Shown one piece after another: positions 26,087-38,899 of a stretch of 64,000 bases of DNA. A program made the position numbers and the translations under genes. The notes under the pieces were generated by a model. That model was not told the DNA's origin and did not search any database. It saw only the letters and a list, made by a program, of their open reading frames with translations. Origin of the DNA: Convolutriloba macropyga (Eukaryota); the NCBI RefSeq assembly GCF_964194025.1, contig NC_134468.1, positions 18,166,001 through 18,230,000 of the forward strand, given 5' to 3'. The stretch's first letter is position 1, and each line of letters begins with the position of its first letter.

Positions 26087-29000
26087 AATAATCAACTAAT
26101 AATAGCATATCACAGCTCCGTGTAGGTGCAAGTATAGCTATTGCAGGCATTAACAAACCTTGAGACCAAAATTTTTAATTAGACAGAACTTGTTAAGAAC
26201 AATTTTATTGGTCAGCTACAAGTTTTCCTTGACTAAGAAGCAGAAAACTGAATAAAAATTAAAAGTTAAAAATACTGTGCAATATCTGCACGCCGTCAAA
26301 AAGTTTTTAGTGCATAGTGCTAAAAGGACACAACGAAAATTCAATTAGGTTATTCAAAAGAAAATTAACTCCACTTGAGGTTATGGAGAGTTCACAAATA
26401 GGAGGTACATCTAATAATTTAGGGTCTAAAGATGTTTTGCGCTTTCACAACAAGTTTTACATCTCTTGGTTGAATAATCTATGTACATCTGGCGGGGCAT
26501 ATAATGATACGCAAATTCATATTACAGTTTCAGCTTAAAAAAGCTAGCTAGAATTGTGGAAATCAAAGAGAGTATTAAAATACAGCCGAGGTAAACTGAA
26601 ACATTTACGTAGCAATTGCAATAATTTTTCAAAATTGCGGCGCCAGATACCATTAAAGAGAGCACCCAGGCATGCGTCTTTTACAACCACTCGAAAGGAA
26701 GGGAACATAAAACTGACAGCTTTTCAAGACTAATAGAGGAAACTGGGTGAAATCGAGCGGACACACAATTTGAACTGCCCACTTTCCGCTAAGTGATTTC
26801 CCTCTTCCATAACCTGTCCTAGCTACCTTATCAGGACACTCAAACTTCAATAAAGCAAGAGCGAATCAAATCAGAAGTCATGTCCATAATACAATGTTGC
26901 TTCTACTATTATCTGGAAATATCTAGACCTCTTTGTATGATCTTTCAAGGTACATAATAGACAGCTGGATATAACAGCCATTAGTCAAGGACAATGACAA
27001 AGCAATGCAGATTACAGCTTGAAATATCTTAGCAGTTTTTGAGTCCAAATAAACTTGGTTAACACGCAGGCCAATACAAGTGCCTAAGCCACAGAAATGA
27101 AGACGACAGGTCGCAGCAATAAACTATAAAATTTGGCGGTTCCCATAATAAACGCCAAAGTCGAGATTACAATTATAAATATTCAGGGCAACTTTGCACC
27201 AACTTCAATGAAAATTCTGTCGACGAAAGAAAAGCTGAGCAAACTCGCACTCTTGACTCCACTAGCTCATTGATTGGTGAGCTCTCTCATTACAATACAC
27301 TTTCAATTAATCAACCACTGAAATATTTTTATACTTTTCGCTTATGAAACTCTCACCTTACCAGTAGACATAGGTATTTTTTCCAAATTTTTGTCTAAAG
27401 TAATGTAACAGCTCCAAAATGAAATGATACTATTATTTTTATCGGGGGAACAGTAATTGATACCATTCATTGCAACCATAATCCCACTAAAGATACAAAG
27501 GAAAAATATTCAAGCTGCCTGCTTAGCTCACTCTTTTCATTTTATCCAACTAAAGCCTACTTAATGTCACGTTTCGCACCACCCATATTTGCTTACAGTG
27601 ACAAATCAAAAACTTCACTTAAAACTACAAAATATAAAACCAACTGAAATCTGACTAAAATCTGACTAATTACAATCGGCAGCTGCTTCAAATATTTAGC
27701 GATATACTTTTAAACCTTCGACTTCAAGTTGACTCACAAACAATCAATTCAGAAAATAGCTTACTAACTCAGGAGTTATATTGGACTCCCATGAATTTAG
27801 CTCAACTTTTGAAAATTAGAGTGGACAGGATCCAAAAGACTACCTCTTAAGCAGTGCACTGATATTGTTAAAATAAACAGATGAACCCTTTCCCTTAATC
27901 CCCGATCATGATTTAGAGAGACTCTACCCAAACACAACTTTGATATTCATCTCCTTATTCGATGATATTTGTTCGCTTTTTCCACACCCGCTTTGTAAAT
28001 TTTCCAAGCAGTTGCCGTCCTATACAGTGAAACAATCGGTTAATATTGTATGCAGAGGGGATGAAAAAAATCAAAAGTGCTTTAAAAATTTTGAAAACCT
28101 AATTAAATAACAGATATTTAAGGTAAAAACAAACTTTCCTGCTACTTTAAAACTTATCAAAAACGTCGAGGAGCACAAAAAAAGTTTCACAACATCAACA
28201 TTTAACAAAAAAATTGCCTTCTAAAACCATTATGCAATCTGATTTTTTTTCTATTTGCCTAAAAAACTGCTTTTGATCTGTTCCAAACAGTGATATTTCA
28301 CCTCATTTTCTATTAACTTGAGTTTATCTGCTGACAATTAAATTATCTAAATATATAAATGAAGATCAAAAGGCCAGAAAATGATACACAACGAGACAGC
28401 ACCCCTGTTATTTAAAATGCAGAATTCGCCTGCAAAGCTTTGCAATACGTTCTGTCGTACCCAAACACCAAATTCTTCAGCACATAATACGTAAAAAAGA
28501 AACATTTTGCGGATTTGATGCTTGGAAATAGAGCAAATGTCGATTCAAATTGCATTCAAACTTATGGCAGCTGGCTCAAAATGTAACTTAACATTAACAT
28601 TTAAATATTAACATTTCAGAGTCAGTTCCACCATTATCTGTACCAAACGCTTACATTGGTTTACGCTGTTTTGTCTGGGACTGTTTTGTTCGTACACGGT
28701 TTACACTTGTCACTAACTTTATCCACAAAAATTTTTATCTTTCGGAGGTTTTGAAAGCTTACGATGCTTCGAAATGAAGTGACATTGTTTCATGAAGTTG
28801 CTTCCGCTTGTAATTTTTCTGCTCTTATCTGCGATTCAACAAATACGTTTTGTCTGAATGCAAGCAGAAACATTAAAAGAAAATCGACTAACGTCGGAGG
28901 AATTTCTCACAAACAACAGGTCAGGGGTTCGCTTTGATAATCGCTAGCTTAAGCTTAAGGGAACTATCTCAACTGAAAAGGGGCAGAGACCGAACTCAGG

Positions 29001-29113
29001 GGGGGGGGGGGGGGTTGGGGGCAAAAGGAGCGCGGGAGGAATAGGCGATGAAAAAGTGACATTTACGACTACACAGCACAGTTCGTTGTGACGCGTCTTG
29101 TTTTGTTGTTCTC

Positions 29114-29135
29114 TGTGTGTGTGTGTGTGTGTGTG
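29114..29135 (+). repeat. (TG)11 microsatellite near a poly-G tract (28998-29021)
   Basis: Directly visible. Confidence 0.9.
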
Positions 29136-31738
29136 CGTGCGGCAAGCATTTGGGGGGTGCGGGGTAAAATGTGTGGGTCCGAAATACCAAGAATTGCCTT
29201 TCACACCAGGAAATTATGACTTCTCGTCATCTTCAGTGAATCGCACACTTAGGACCATTAAGGCTCAAAAAGAAATGCTCAACTTAATTCTCCCGGGCTT
29301 TAAAAGTCTATCCTGTTTCTATCCTGTTTCTTTCACAAAAATTTGGTGGTACGATTAAAAAAAATTGGTAGTACAAAGAATCGCATAAAAACATCAACAT
29401 TTCCTTAAACATCAATGCTCAAACGCCTATATATAATTCACTGAATTAAAATAATTCTTCAAGCCTTCAACGATTTTGAAAATCTGATAACTCAATAAAT
29501 TTGAATTAGTTCATTTATCGAGGTGACTTTTTAAAAGCAATGTGGAAACTCAAAAGATCAAATCAGTATTCAATTCTGTTAAAAAAACTAAAGGACATCG
29601 TAATTAAAACCATGAAAAAGAAACTGGTGGGAAATCAATGTCTCGAACAAACAATGAGTATTTGCATCTTGAGGCCACATGTCATTAAAAAATTCCGGTA
29701 GCCTTCAAAACAAATGACCATCCACTTAAGGAATTAACATCGATTTTCAGGCAAAAAATAACAAAATGAAGGAAAAAGCTTTTCTGCAGAGATCAGACTG
29801 GACAACTTTTTCTGTAAATTGTACTGCTTTTCAAGGAAGGTATAGGAGAAAGTTATATTTGTTACCCAATTCGATTTACCAAACTCAAACTTCTTTTAAT
29901 GCCAAATTTGGTACAATCACTTTCATCAACATATTAATGACCATTTTATCATACAATTTATAAGGAATGTAGTATTCGGTGCATCACAATACTAAACTTA
30001 CATTTGGTTCCCACTGGTATAATTGCGTATGCCAGCGAATCATTAAATCATTTGATTTCAAATTGAAAATATAAAAGTTACCCCTCCTAAGCAATTACAT
30101 TTTACAATAGTTTACTGTACCTGAGACAGCCCCCAGTCGGGGAACTGAAATAAATAATCACAAATGCGACCTTCAAAATATGATATATCTTTTCAAAGCA
30201 ATATGCCCGACCTCAGCTAGTACAACTATCATTGGGATCTCACGCAGACTCCCATCAGACAAACAGGACTCCAAAATAAGCTAATGGTCAAAATAACATA
30301 ATCAACCCATTATGTACAGTCCTAGCACACGAGTCGACACAAAATTCTGTTCATTTACCAAAGATCTTTCAGTTTGCCACACAAAAAGTATGTTTCTTTC
30401 CTCGTGAAGCGTACTACCCGCGTCAATGTCAATTTATTAAAACAGGCCAATTAAACCGAACAAAATTTGCCCTCCGCTGTGTATAGTCTTATAAAGCCGC
30501 CTCCTTTAGACGTAACTTTTTGATCACACATTCCCCTGGCTGTACAAAATATAGCTCAAATTAGGAAGTTTGTTTTGTTTATCTGATCCTAGAAAGCATA
30601 AATCAAACGGTTTATTGACAGTTGAACATTAGTTTCTGCTCTCATTAGGTAGTTTTTATTTCAAAAACAGATCACAGGCAAGAAACAAAGTAGCCGAGTT
30701 TCAAACCACGCGAACTGTTTTAGGTCCATAAAAGAACTATATATTTGTTGAACTATGAATTTCAATCGGATCCCAGGAAAACTCACAAGTAGGATAAAAT
30801 TTGGAAATCATATCAAAATTCGCACTTCACAAAACTTCGTATTTTTCTGGAACAATTTTTCTGGTATTCAATTGCCATTTTTGGTAGTCAATGAAATGCC
30901 TGGAAACAATTGAGATTAAGTGTGTTTCCGGCAAAGCTTTGTTTGCACACTGTGGTCATTCAGTTGGATATGAATTGAGATGAAAAGCCAAAAGGACGCT
31001 TAGGCTGTATTAAGAAGATAAGACTTCCTCATATAGTCTAAAAAGGACCACTGCCACCACCAAATGCAACCTTTCACTACACTCAAAATACTACTACTAC
31101 TGCAGGGGCAAGTAGTAATCTACAAACACTTAAATAGGAACATGATTGTAAACTTAGTTAGCTCATAAAAAGGAAAAAGGGAAAGGAAGCAATAATAAAA
31201 GGTGGAAAATATGAGACGAGGTAATTGGGGAAATATTGATTTTCAGCAGCCTATTCTTGGATTAATCTATGTGAAATTTGATAGCTCACAGTTGTCGCAA
31301 AGGTTCCGAATATGAGATTAGCCTCTTGCTCGATTGTTTCCACCTACTTTTTACAATACCTAATAAATAGCAGCGCAAATTGAGTGGACAATATACTCAT
31401 ATTTCACTACAAAAACACCAACTTTTATGACCTCAAACATAAGTTCAAAATCCCGATTCGCAAACAAAAAATGCAAACAAAATATTCTGTTATGTCATGA
31501 ATTCAAAAACAGAAAATTTATATAGCAGGCTGATAAAATAGAAGTGCCGCTAAATTTCCTTATAATTGAATAAAATAGAAAAAAAAATTAAATTGAGACA
31601 TCTAATATCAAAAATATGTTTCATAAAATTTCACATTGATTTGATCATAATAAGGTGTGCTAGAAGTTAGCATGAAAACCACAACAGAGTTTTAAAAAGA
31701 GTAGCACTAATTATGGCAGTTTTATTCTATTCTGAGCT

Positions 31739-33454
31739 TCAACAGAGAGGGCAAACTCTTGTACAGTAACTTTCTGCAAAGTATTTCAGCAGAATGCAAG
31801 TTTTCTCAGCCAGAACCAGATTTGTGGAGAAAAAGATAAAGTTCCATATAATAAAAGTAGTGGGGAAAACGAATTTAGAAACATCGTCCAAATTTGTATG
31901 ACCCGATTGCCGTTCCGCTCTTTTCGCAGCCTTGCGGGCTTCTTTAGCCGCTCGAAGCGAAGACGTTCGAATTTCCAAGAAATCCCTCAGTTCGTTTTGC
32001 GGTCGCTGTCTTAGATGAACGTAATCGTTTAAACTGAATCGGTTGCCAGCGTCCTGCATAATACCAAATCCCGGTTTCTTGATGTTGGGATCATCAGCAA
32101 TATTCTGATCGAGCAACCTACTAGCTGGTCCCAAAACAGAACCGTTTTGTAATATCTCTTCCGTTTCGGCCTGAAGTGAAGAATACATTTTGTGACCAGA
32201 AGTTTTGGGTAAAATAGAATTCGCAGACGCTGAGTGCGTGGGTGGTCCTGGTTTGAAGACTTGTTGATGGTTGCGCAATCTTTCCGCATTTCCATTTTTG
32301 TTGATGGCTGGTGCAGTATTGGACAGAATTGTAGTATTGGGCGGTGGAGCTCCGCTACTGACTTTAGTGGTGCTGATTTTTTTCGGACGTTTATCTTCGG
32401 GATTGTAGGACACAATTGCAAATTCAATCAGAGTAGCAAAAGTGTAGATAAAGTTCACAGTCAAATAGAGATCAGCCATTTTCAGGTCACTCACTGAGGG
32501 GAATCGGCTGGCCATGCCCACAATCAGGGTAATCTGAGCCAATATGGCTGTGATTGACAGGCCAGCTCTGGCCGGAATTGCTTTGTGGTCAATCCAGAAG
32601 TTCACCCAAGAAAGGGCAACCAGAGAGACGCTTGGCAGGTAAAGCGTGACAAGAAAAATATTATACTTCCTGTGAATAGTGATGTTAAAGCAATGCTCTG
32701 TGAAATTATCTTCCAAGTAAGGTAATGTCACATTATAGTAATCGGTGACATTGCGATAGCCCTCCATGAAGAAATTGGCAGTGAACTGATCTTCATACAT
32801 GCCTGAGAGTTCGTTTGACCAACGCATTCCGACTAACGCATCGTGGTATTTGTACGAGCCGATGCAAATTGGACATATGTGCTTATCAAAAGGGAAATAG
32901 ACTAACTTCATGATACATGAAATTGTAATTATCAGTCGGTTTGAATAGAAAAGCTCGTATTCTGGACTTAACCTGACGCACACATTGTCATTGTAATCGT
33001 CTGCGGGTATGATGTGAATCGCATCCGGGAGGTAGAAGTCGGGTCGCCAAATCGCCGCTGCGAAATCTTTGCCCAATGTCATTTCTTTCAAGTAACAGCT
33101 CTCGTTCATACATTTGTCGGGCATGTTGTAGCGTATATGATCTCTGTAGAATGTGTCCCAAGTCCAATTTAGTCTATGATCTGACCACATGGCTTGAAGA
33201 AACACGTCCAAAATGACAGTCATGTCATTTTCACTGATTGTTCGGACGGAATTGACAAACATGCCGATTTGCACAATGTCCGTTTTACCACCCTCACTTG
33301 GGCGCAGCTGTTTATTGTACGTGGGTGAGACGAATTCGTATGACGAATGCGATTCGGAAACAGAGTACTCCTGCCCAATGACTCCGCTCGAAAAGGGCAC
33401 CGACTTCAAAAGAATTATAAGAGAAAAGATCCTACCACCGTGGAAGAAGCTCAT
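31739..33454 (-). CDS. Cys-loop ligand-gated ion channel subunit, anion-selective type (GABA-A/glycine/GluCl superfamily), single coding exon, 571 aa from the first ATG
   Basis: N-terminal hydrophobic signal; YNKQLRP; loop A IWRPDFY; Cys-loop CIMKLVYFPFDKHIC (C-x13-C); M1 LYLPSVSLVALSWVNFWI; PAR motif before M2; M3; long M3-M4 loop; M4 LDDVSKFVFPTTFIIWNFIFF. The ORF-track start at 33493 is a TTG. Confidence 0.95.
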   Translation of the reverse strand: MSFFHGGRIFSLIILLKSVPFSSGVIGQEYSVSESHSSYEFVSPTYNKQLRPSEGGKTDIVQIGMFVNSVRTISENDMTVILDVFLQAMWSDHRLNWTWDTFYRDHIRYNMPDKCMNESCYLKEMTLGKDFAAAIWRPDFYLPDAIHIIPADDYNDNVCVRLSPEYELFYSNRLIITISCIMKLVYFPFDKHICPICIGSYKYHDALVGMRWSNELSGMYEDQFTANFFMEGYRNVTDYYNVTLPYLEDNFTEHCFNITIHRKYNIFLVTLYLPSVSLVALSWVNFWIDHKAIPARAGLSITAILAQITLIVGMASRFPSVSDLKMADLYLTVNFIYTFATLIEFAIVSYNPEDKRPKKISTTKVSSGAPPPNTTILSNTAPAINKNGNAERLRNHQQVFKPGPPTHSASANSILPKTSGHKMYSSLQAETEEILQNGSVLGPASRLLDQNIADDPNIKKPGFGIMQDAGNRFSLNDYVHLRQRPQNELRDFLEIRTSSLRAAKEARKAAKRAERQSGHTNLDDVSKFVFPTTFIIWNFIFFSTNLVLAEKTCILLKYFAESYCTRVCPLC

Positions 33455-36400
33455 GATTGCTGTAGTTGTAAATAAATCCCGTTTAGCGGGCAATAACTGT
33501 AGTGTTAGAATTTATTTGAGAAAAAAAGAAAGAGGAGAATATAGAGCAAAGACGAGAATGGGAAAGAAGAACTGATTTCTGATGAGCTAAGTGGCGATGG
33601 AGAAAATGAAAAGAGGCCTTTGTGCCACTTTGTTGACTTTAGCTCCCCAGGAAGCACTGAGGAAAAGTTATAGGTCTTTGATGTAACTCAATTACGCGGA
33701 ATGGCTGTTCAAAAATCGAATTATTCAACAGGAACAAGGAACTCCTCGCGGGATGTCAAAGGCGCGCAACCACATACAAACTCTTCCTCAATTCAATTGA
33801 TATATTCAAAAAGGAAACCAAAAACGCTCGCAATTAGCTTTCCTGTGACAAAGTAATGAACTACATCAACCGCACAAAAGAAGCGTCCAAAAACCAATAA
33901 CATCACCGTGAAAAATTAATTTAAACACTGGTTCAAACTAACGTTTTAATACTGGCCAAAAGAGTCTTCACTTAAACATCAAAAACTCTCCGTCAACCGG
34001 TCAAGTTTGAAGTTCATATGCGAAGACTGCAAATTTGGGAACTGAATAATTTTAAGATTATGAATAATTTTAGGTTAAGTGTAAATTAGACCTGGCTTTG
34101 GGTATTTACCATTGCTGGCTCAATCAGAGTGACGAAAGAAGGGAATAATGGTAGGGTTGGTGGCTTTTAAGATTGTGGGGTGGTGGTATAAGCGGTGTGG
34201 TAATTGGGACCAGTTTTGATATTGTTTGAAATCACAAGCTGCCACAGAGCAGATCAAAGGAGCAGATAAAATTTTGCAATGGCATCCAGCGAGGCACTAA
34301 AACAACCCCCACAATTCTCTCCCCTTCACTCTCTCCCTCGGTGTAACCCGCAATAACAAACAGCAAGGTGAACTAGTTAAACAGGCGGAATTGATGGCAA
34401 TATAATACCCCCGGTCAATTTGTTTTTGTGGCCTAGCAGCTCACTCAAAGGCAGTAAAAGGGAGCTATGTTTACACCACAAGCTTCTAATTAGTCTAATT
34501 TGAATCAAATATAAAATGCTTCAACAATCATACACACACCAGTTAATAGTAAATGGTATACTCAGCACTTTTAATAAAATTTGACTGCAGATTTTATGAT
34601 AACTAATAAAAACGGACCAACCAGATTCGACCATTCAGATATTTGTGAAGAATATCATCTAAATTTATCATTGGCCAATATTGCTTCCATTACATTTTGT
34701 CAGTCCACAAAGAGATTTTTGAATAAAATATTAAAAGCAATTCATTTCACACAGTCAAGACTTTCAAAAGGCTAATTCAAAAACTGTTCATCAAATTGCT
34801 CCTTTTAAACATCTGCGCAATAATTAACCGAATTATTGTTTAGATTACTTTGAAAGGCAAAAACAATTTTCTTTCAATTAAAATAACAAATGAAAAATTG
34901 TTCACTTTTATACACAAATGAGGCTTTAAATACTTGCCAACTCCGAGCTCAAAAATGGCTCAAAACTCTCCGCGATCTTGTAAAAAGCAATTCTTTTTTA
35001 TGAACAATTAATCCCAACTTCCCGGGAGTAGAAGAGCTTTTATGAGCAAGACAATTCTCAGCCCACATACAATTTCGAAGACCAAATGACGTTTCTAGTT
35101 TCTTTCAAACTACTTGCTTTCCTTGTTTAGTGGCACAAAATACAGTATAGAAAACCTCGAACAAAAGCTGAGCTACATGTGTCGTCAAACAATAGAATTT
35201 GCTGAAAAGGGCATATTTCACAGTCTAGCTAAAGTGAAGGCAAAATGGGAATTAAAAATTCTGGGTGGGTTTAAAAAATAGCTTTAAAGACTAGTCGCTG
35301 ACAAAAAATTCCGAGCTTAAAAAAATCCACAATATGGGGTGACAGAACGACGCAAATCACTTGACCTTCCTCTAATTTGGGACTGCATGCCTTTTCTGTT
35401 GAAGCAACATTGATTGGCGAATGAAAATCTTCTGCAAAGACCGCGCTACCATTGCAAATCCCAAAATTAATTAAATCGTTATCTAGGAACAATTTTTTTC
35501 TTGAGAAAGAAGCCTTATTAATTTAAAGTTTATCTTGTTTCCGTACAATAGATATTTTCTATAAAAATGTTCAATGTACATTACTGTACAGTCCTTTTTT
35601 TCAAAAATTAGCTAAACTAAACGAGTCCTTTTTTTCATTTATTCTACATTTTTTCGAATTCTTGTCTCCGAATTGTATCGGAAAAGGAGCCTTCACATTT
35701 TAAAGTTCGTTGCATGTAAAATCAATTAAAGAAATGGAGTGTGCAATCCGACAATGGAGAGGTTCACGAGGTGGTGGAAATGTTTAGATCAATTTTAGAA
35801 AACTCAGGCATAACAAAATAAACCATAACCAGATGGCCATAAAACAGCTACGATAGCTTTGTATATCAGCAGTTTCCAAATAACAATTACAAAAAATAAG
35901 ATAAATTTTTTTCAGACTTGTTGCCGAGATCTCATATTTTTATTCAGAAGAAATTGTACAACTTATGTTTTCTCTATTAGTCCCCCGGATAACCTTCAAT
36001 TAGAGCCACATGTACGTAGTTGACATGATCTCCCTCAATTAAAGAAGCAAAACTCAATTTCAGAGAGGAAGTCATCTTTGAGAGCAAGCTAGGTCTTATG
36101 TGACAAATTATTTAACCAAATTAACGAAAAAACTCGAAAAACAGTGAAAAAATGACATCACACACGCTATTCAGTCGGAATTGCATGAATAAATGAACAA
36201 AAAGGAGACTATTGAAGGATATGAGTGCAACTCCATATGGTCGTAATCTCGATGACAATAACATAGCAAGACAAGTCCTGAATTACAAAAAAATAAACTA
36301 ACAACCTAACAATCAACAACTATACAGAACGTTTCAAGAATAAGAATACGGCCCTACATAAATGAAGTTTAAAAAAATTAAAAAAGAAAAATAACTATTT

Positions 36401-38133
36401 TGGAAGACCAGTGGTCAAACTGGTTCACGGATCGATCCTCATGAAGCATAAAAAACACGAAGAAATACTGCTGGTTATAAGATCACGGTAAACCAACGAA
36501 AAAAAAATTCACAAAAAACACAAGTAGCAACAAAAACTAAAAAGCCTTGCAAAGAGTGAAAATTTTTTTAAAACAGTCCCATAAATACGATCTTTAAAGT
36601 TATATAATAACGTCTTTGACAATATCCCATAATAAAAAGTTGAAAAAGCATTTAATATTTGCACCTATAACAGACAAAAGTTACAAAAACTAAAGGCCGG
36701 AAAGTCTCCAAAACTATTCATGGTACCATTGACAAATTAAAATGAATAAAAGGATGAATAAATGGTACCATTGACAAATTAAAATGAATAAAAGGAAAAA
36801 AGATTGCCGGTCATCAGTGACTATGCGACGTCTTCATTGAGAAAAAAAATGAACACAAAATATGTAAACCTCAACATTTAAAAACTTCATGCAAAATCAT
36901 TCGAACCAAGTGGCTACATTTAATAAAAATTACTTAGTCTCAATTAGAAAGCCAACTGGAACTGTCATTCACGAGACTAAGTGCAAAGACAATAGAGAAA
37001 AAAATCGGCAAAACAAAAATTCGGGATTTTTTGAAATTCAAACGCAGCGTGTAAGTCATAAGATCCATTAACTAAAAACGAAAAACTTTTTAAAGATTGA
37101 ATTATGTATCATTAGAAAACCAACGGAGTTATTTTCGATGAAACTGTGATAAGACACCAAAAACAAACTAAGCGGGCAAAAACTGAAAAACTGTCTAATA
37201 TTATCGAAAACAACAAGTCTTAAAGTCACAAAAACCAATAGTCATAAGCTGCAAACAAATTTAATTCAACTATGCTTAATTACAAGGCCGATGAAGGTTG
37301 TCATTAATACGCTTCGAGGCATGACAACAGCAGCAAAAACGGGCAAAATTCACTATTATTTCTTGAAGATATTTAATGTTTTTGTTACAAATACCAAAAG
37401 CTAGAAAAGGCAAAAATTTGGTTATATTATGCTTCTTTAGAAACTTGATGTGTGTGTACAAAAAGAACAATAAATACGGGCAAAACTCAATAGCTCAAAC
37501 TAATAAATACTTTCATTTATGCCTCAAAATGAAGAATTTTTTACTCCAAATAAAGCAAAATAAGTAAATCACATACAATGACAAAAAATTTTAAAATTTT
37601 TACACTGAGAAAATGGAACATGGAGACGAAAAACAACAGCGCCAGTGTGGCTCTCAAGCGTTTTCCCTGGCATAAATGAATTTTTTTTCAAAAATTCGCG
37701 GAAAAAAGTGTTTTTGGTATCATGGGCCAAAAACCACCAATATCTCGGATTCTAGAAGGTTTAGGACGCTATTATTGTGCCCAAGTAAAAAAGATGGCGG
37801 AGGCCCCGAGGGGCCTGCACCACCGGAATAACATTAAAATTCACAAAAATGAAATCGATAATACCTGTTATAATGACGCAAAGCGATAACAAAAAAACAA
37901 GATCAAAACGGACAAAACTCAAAAAATACCTACTATTTTTCCGCCCTCTTTACTACTTTGGCGAAATTAAAATAACTGTTCTCAATTTTAATTTCACAAT
38001 CGTACCTAATTAAAAAACAATTTCTAAAGATTTTCCGGATCTATTCTGTTTCCCCCACCCCCAACTTAGTGAGCAAAAGTTTTTATGAATCCCAGACGAA
38101 TGCGCTATTTTCTTACATAGTAACGTGCTATAA

Positions 38134-38323
38134 CATAACCGACTAACGTCGGGCGAATTGCTCTCAAAAGACCGGCGAGCGGTTGGCCTCAGGGCGCTAC
38201 CTCTTTATCTCGTTTCTGAAGACAAAATTCAACTGGGTCAGACAAAAAATCGGCCAAGCGAAAAATTGCATAAAAGGCTAAAAGGATTAATATATTTGCT
38301 ACAAATTGCTTTTGAGAGCAATT
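38134..38323 (-). mobile_element. Minimal complete HINE-like element (190 bp)
   Basis: Perfect 15-bp sub-terminal IRs AATTGCTCTCAAAAG (38156-38170) / CTTTTGAGAGCAATT (38309-38323); terminal hairpin ccgac-taac-gtcgg (38139-38152). Confidence 0.75.
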
Positions 38324-38899
38324 AATTAACAATGGTTTCCTAAAAAGTGCCTTTTAGATCATTTATGATAAAAAATATTTCAACCATAACTCATTAAAAA
38401 TGAGGATCAGAGATGATGACATTACGCCACAAAACAGCAGCTGAAGTGCGGCATCAACAAGGAGAGAGAGATAAAACGTGAACCAAAAAAGAGAAGGAAA
38501 GGAACCCTAAACGAAAGAGAGAGATAGAGACAGGAATATCTTCCATGATTGGATTCGACACTGCAACTTCTAGTTTTCTAAACTTGCTAAACTGATATTT
38601 TAAAAATTTGCAAAATATTGCAATTTTTTTTAAAAAGCTTCCAGATTTTGTAGTAAAAATGTTAAAAACTAATTTTGGTCTCTGGAATTATGTTAGGTAA
38701 CCCATCTCCGAGACTTGAAAAGTTTCGTTGGCCAGTAATGGTCTTTAAACTCAGAAAAGGACAAATATTGAAAAAAGTTGAAAATTTCAAATTTTAACAA
38801 AATCTTGCTAAAGTTTAAGACATTAATATCTTATTAAAAGACCCATTTCCTTGTCTCAAGAGACTATCCAGTATCCCTATTCCAAGAGTAGTTTCACAG

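Noticed and set aside
26900-28030. Possible very old LINE remnant (also 19950-20640 and 59220-59720)
   Set aside because: Only faint motif traces; cannot be supported without a profile search.
28944-29358. Pro/His-Thr-rich ORFs
   Set aside because: Produced by poly-G and (TG)n tracts.
32029-33575. Overlapping or antisense ORFs within the receptor gene
   Set aside because: Shadow frames with no independent support.
37792-37830. AAGATGGCGG (YY1-like) motif plus GC hairpin as a promoter or ncRNA
   Set aside because: Single short motif in repeat-like context; more likely another element terminus, with no partner end found.
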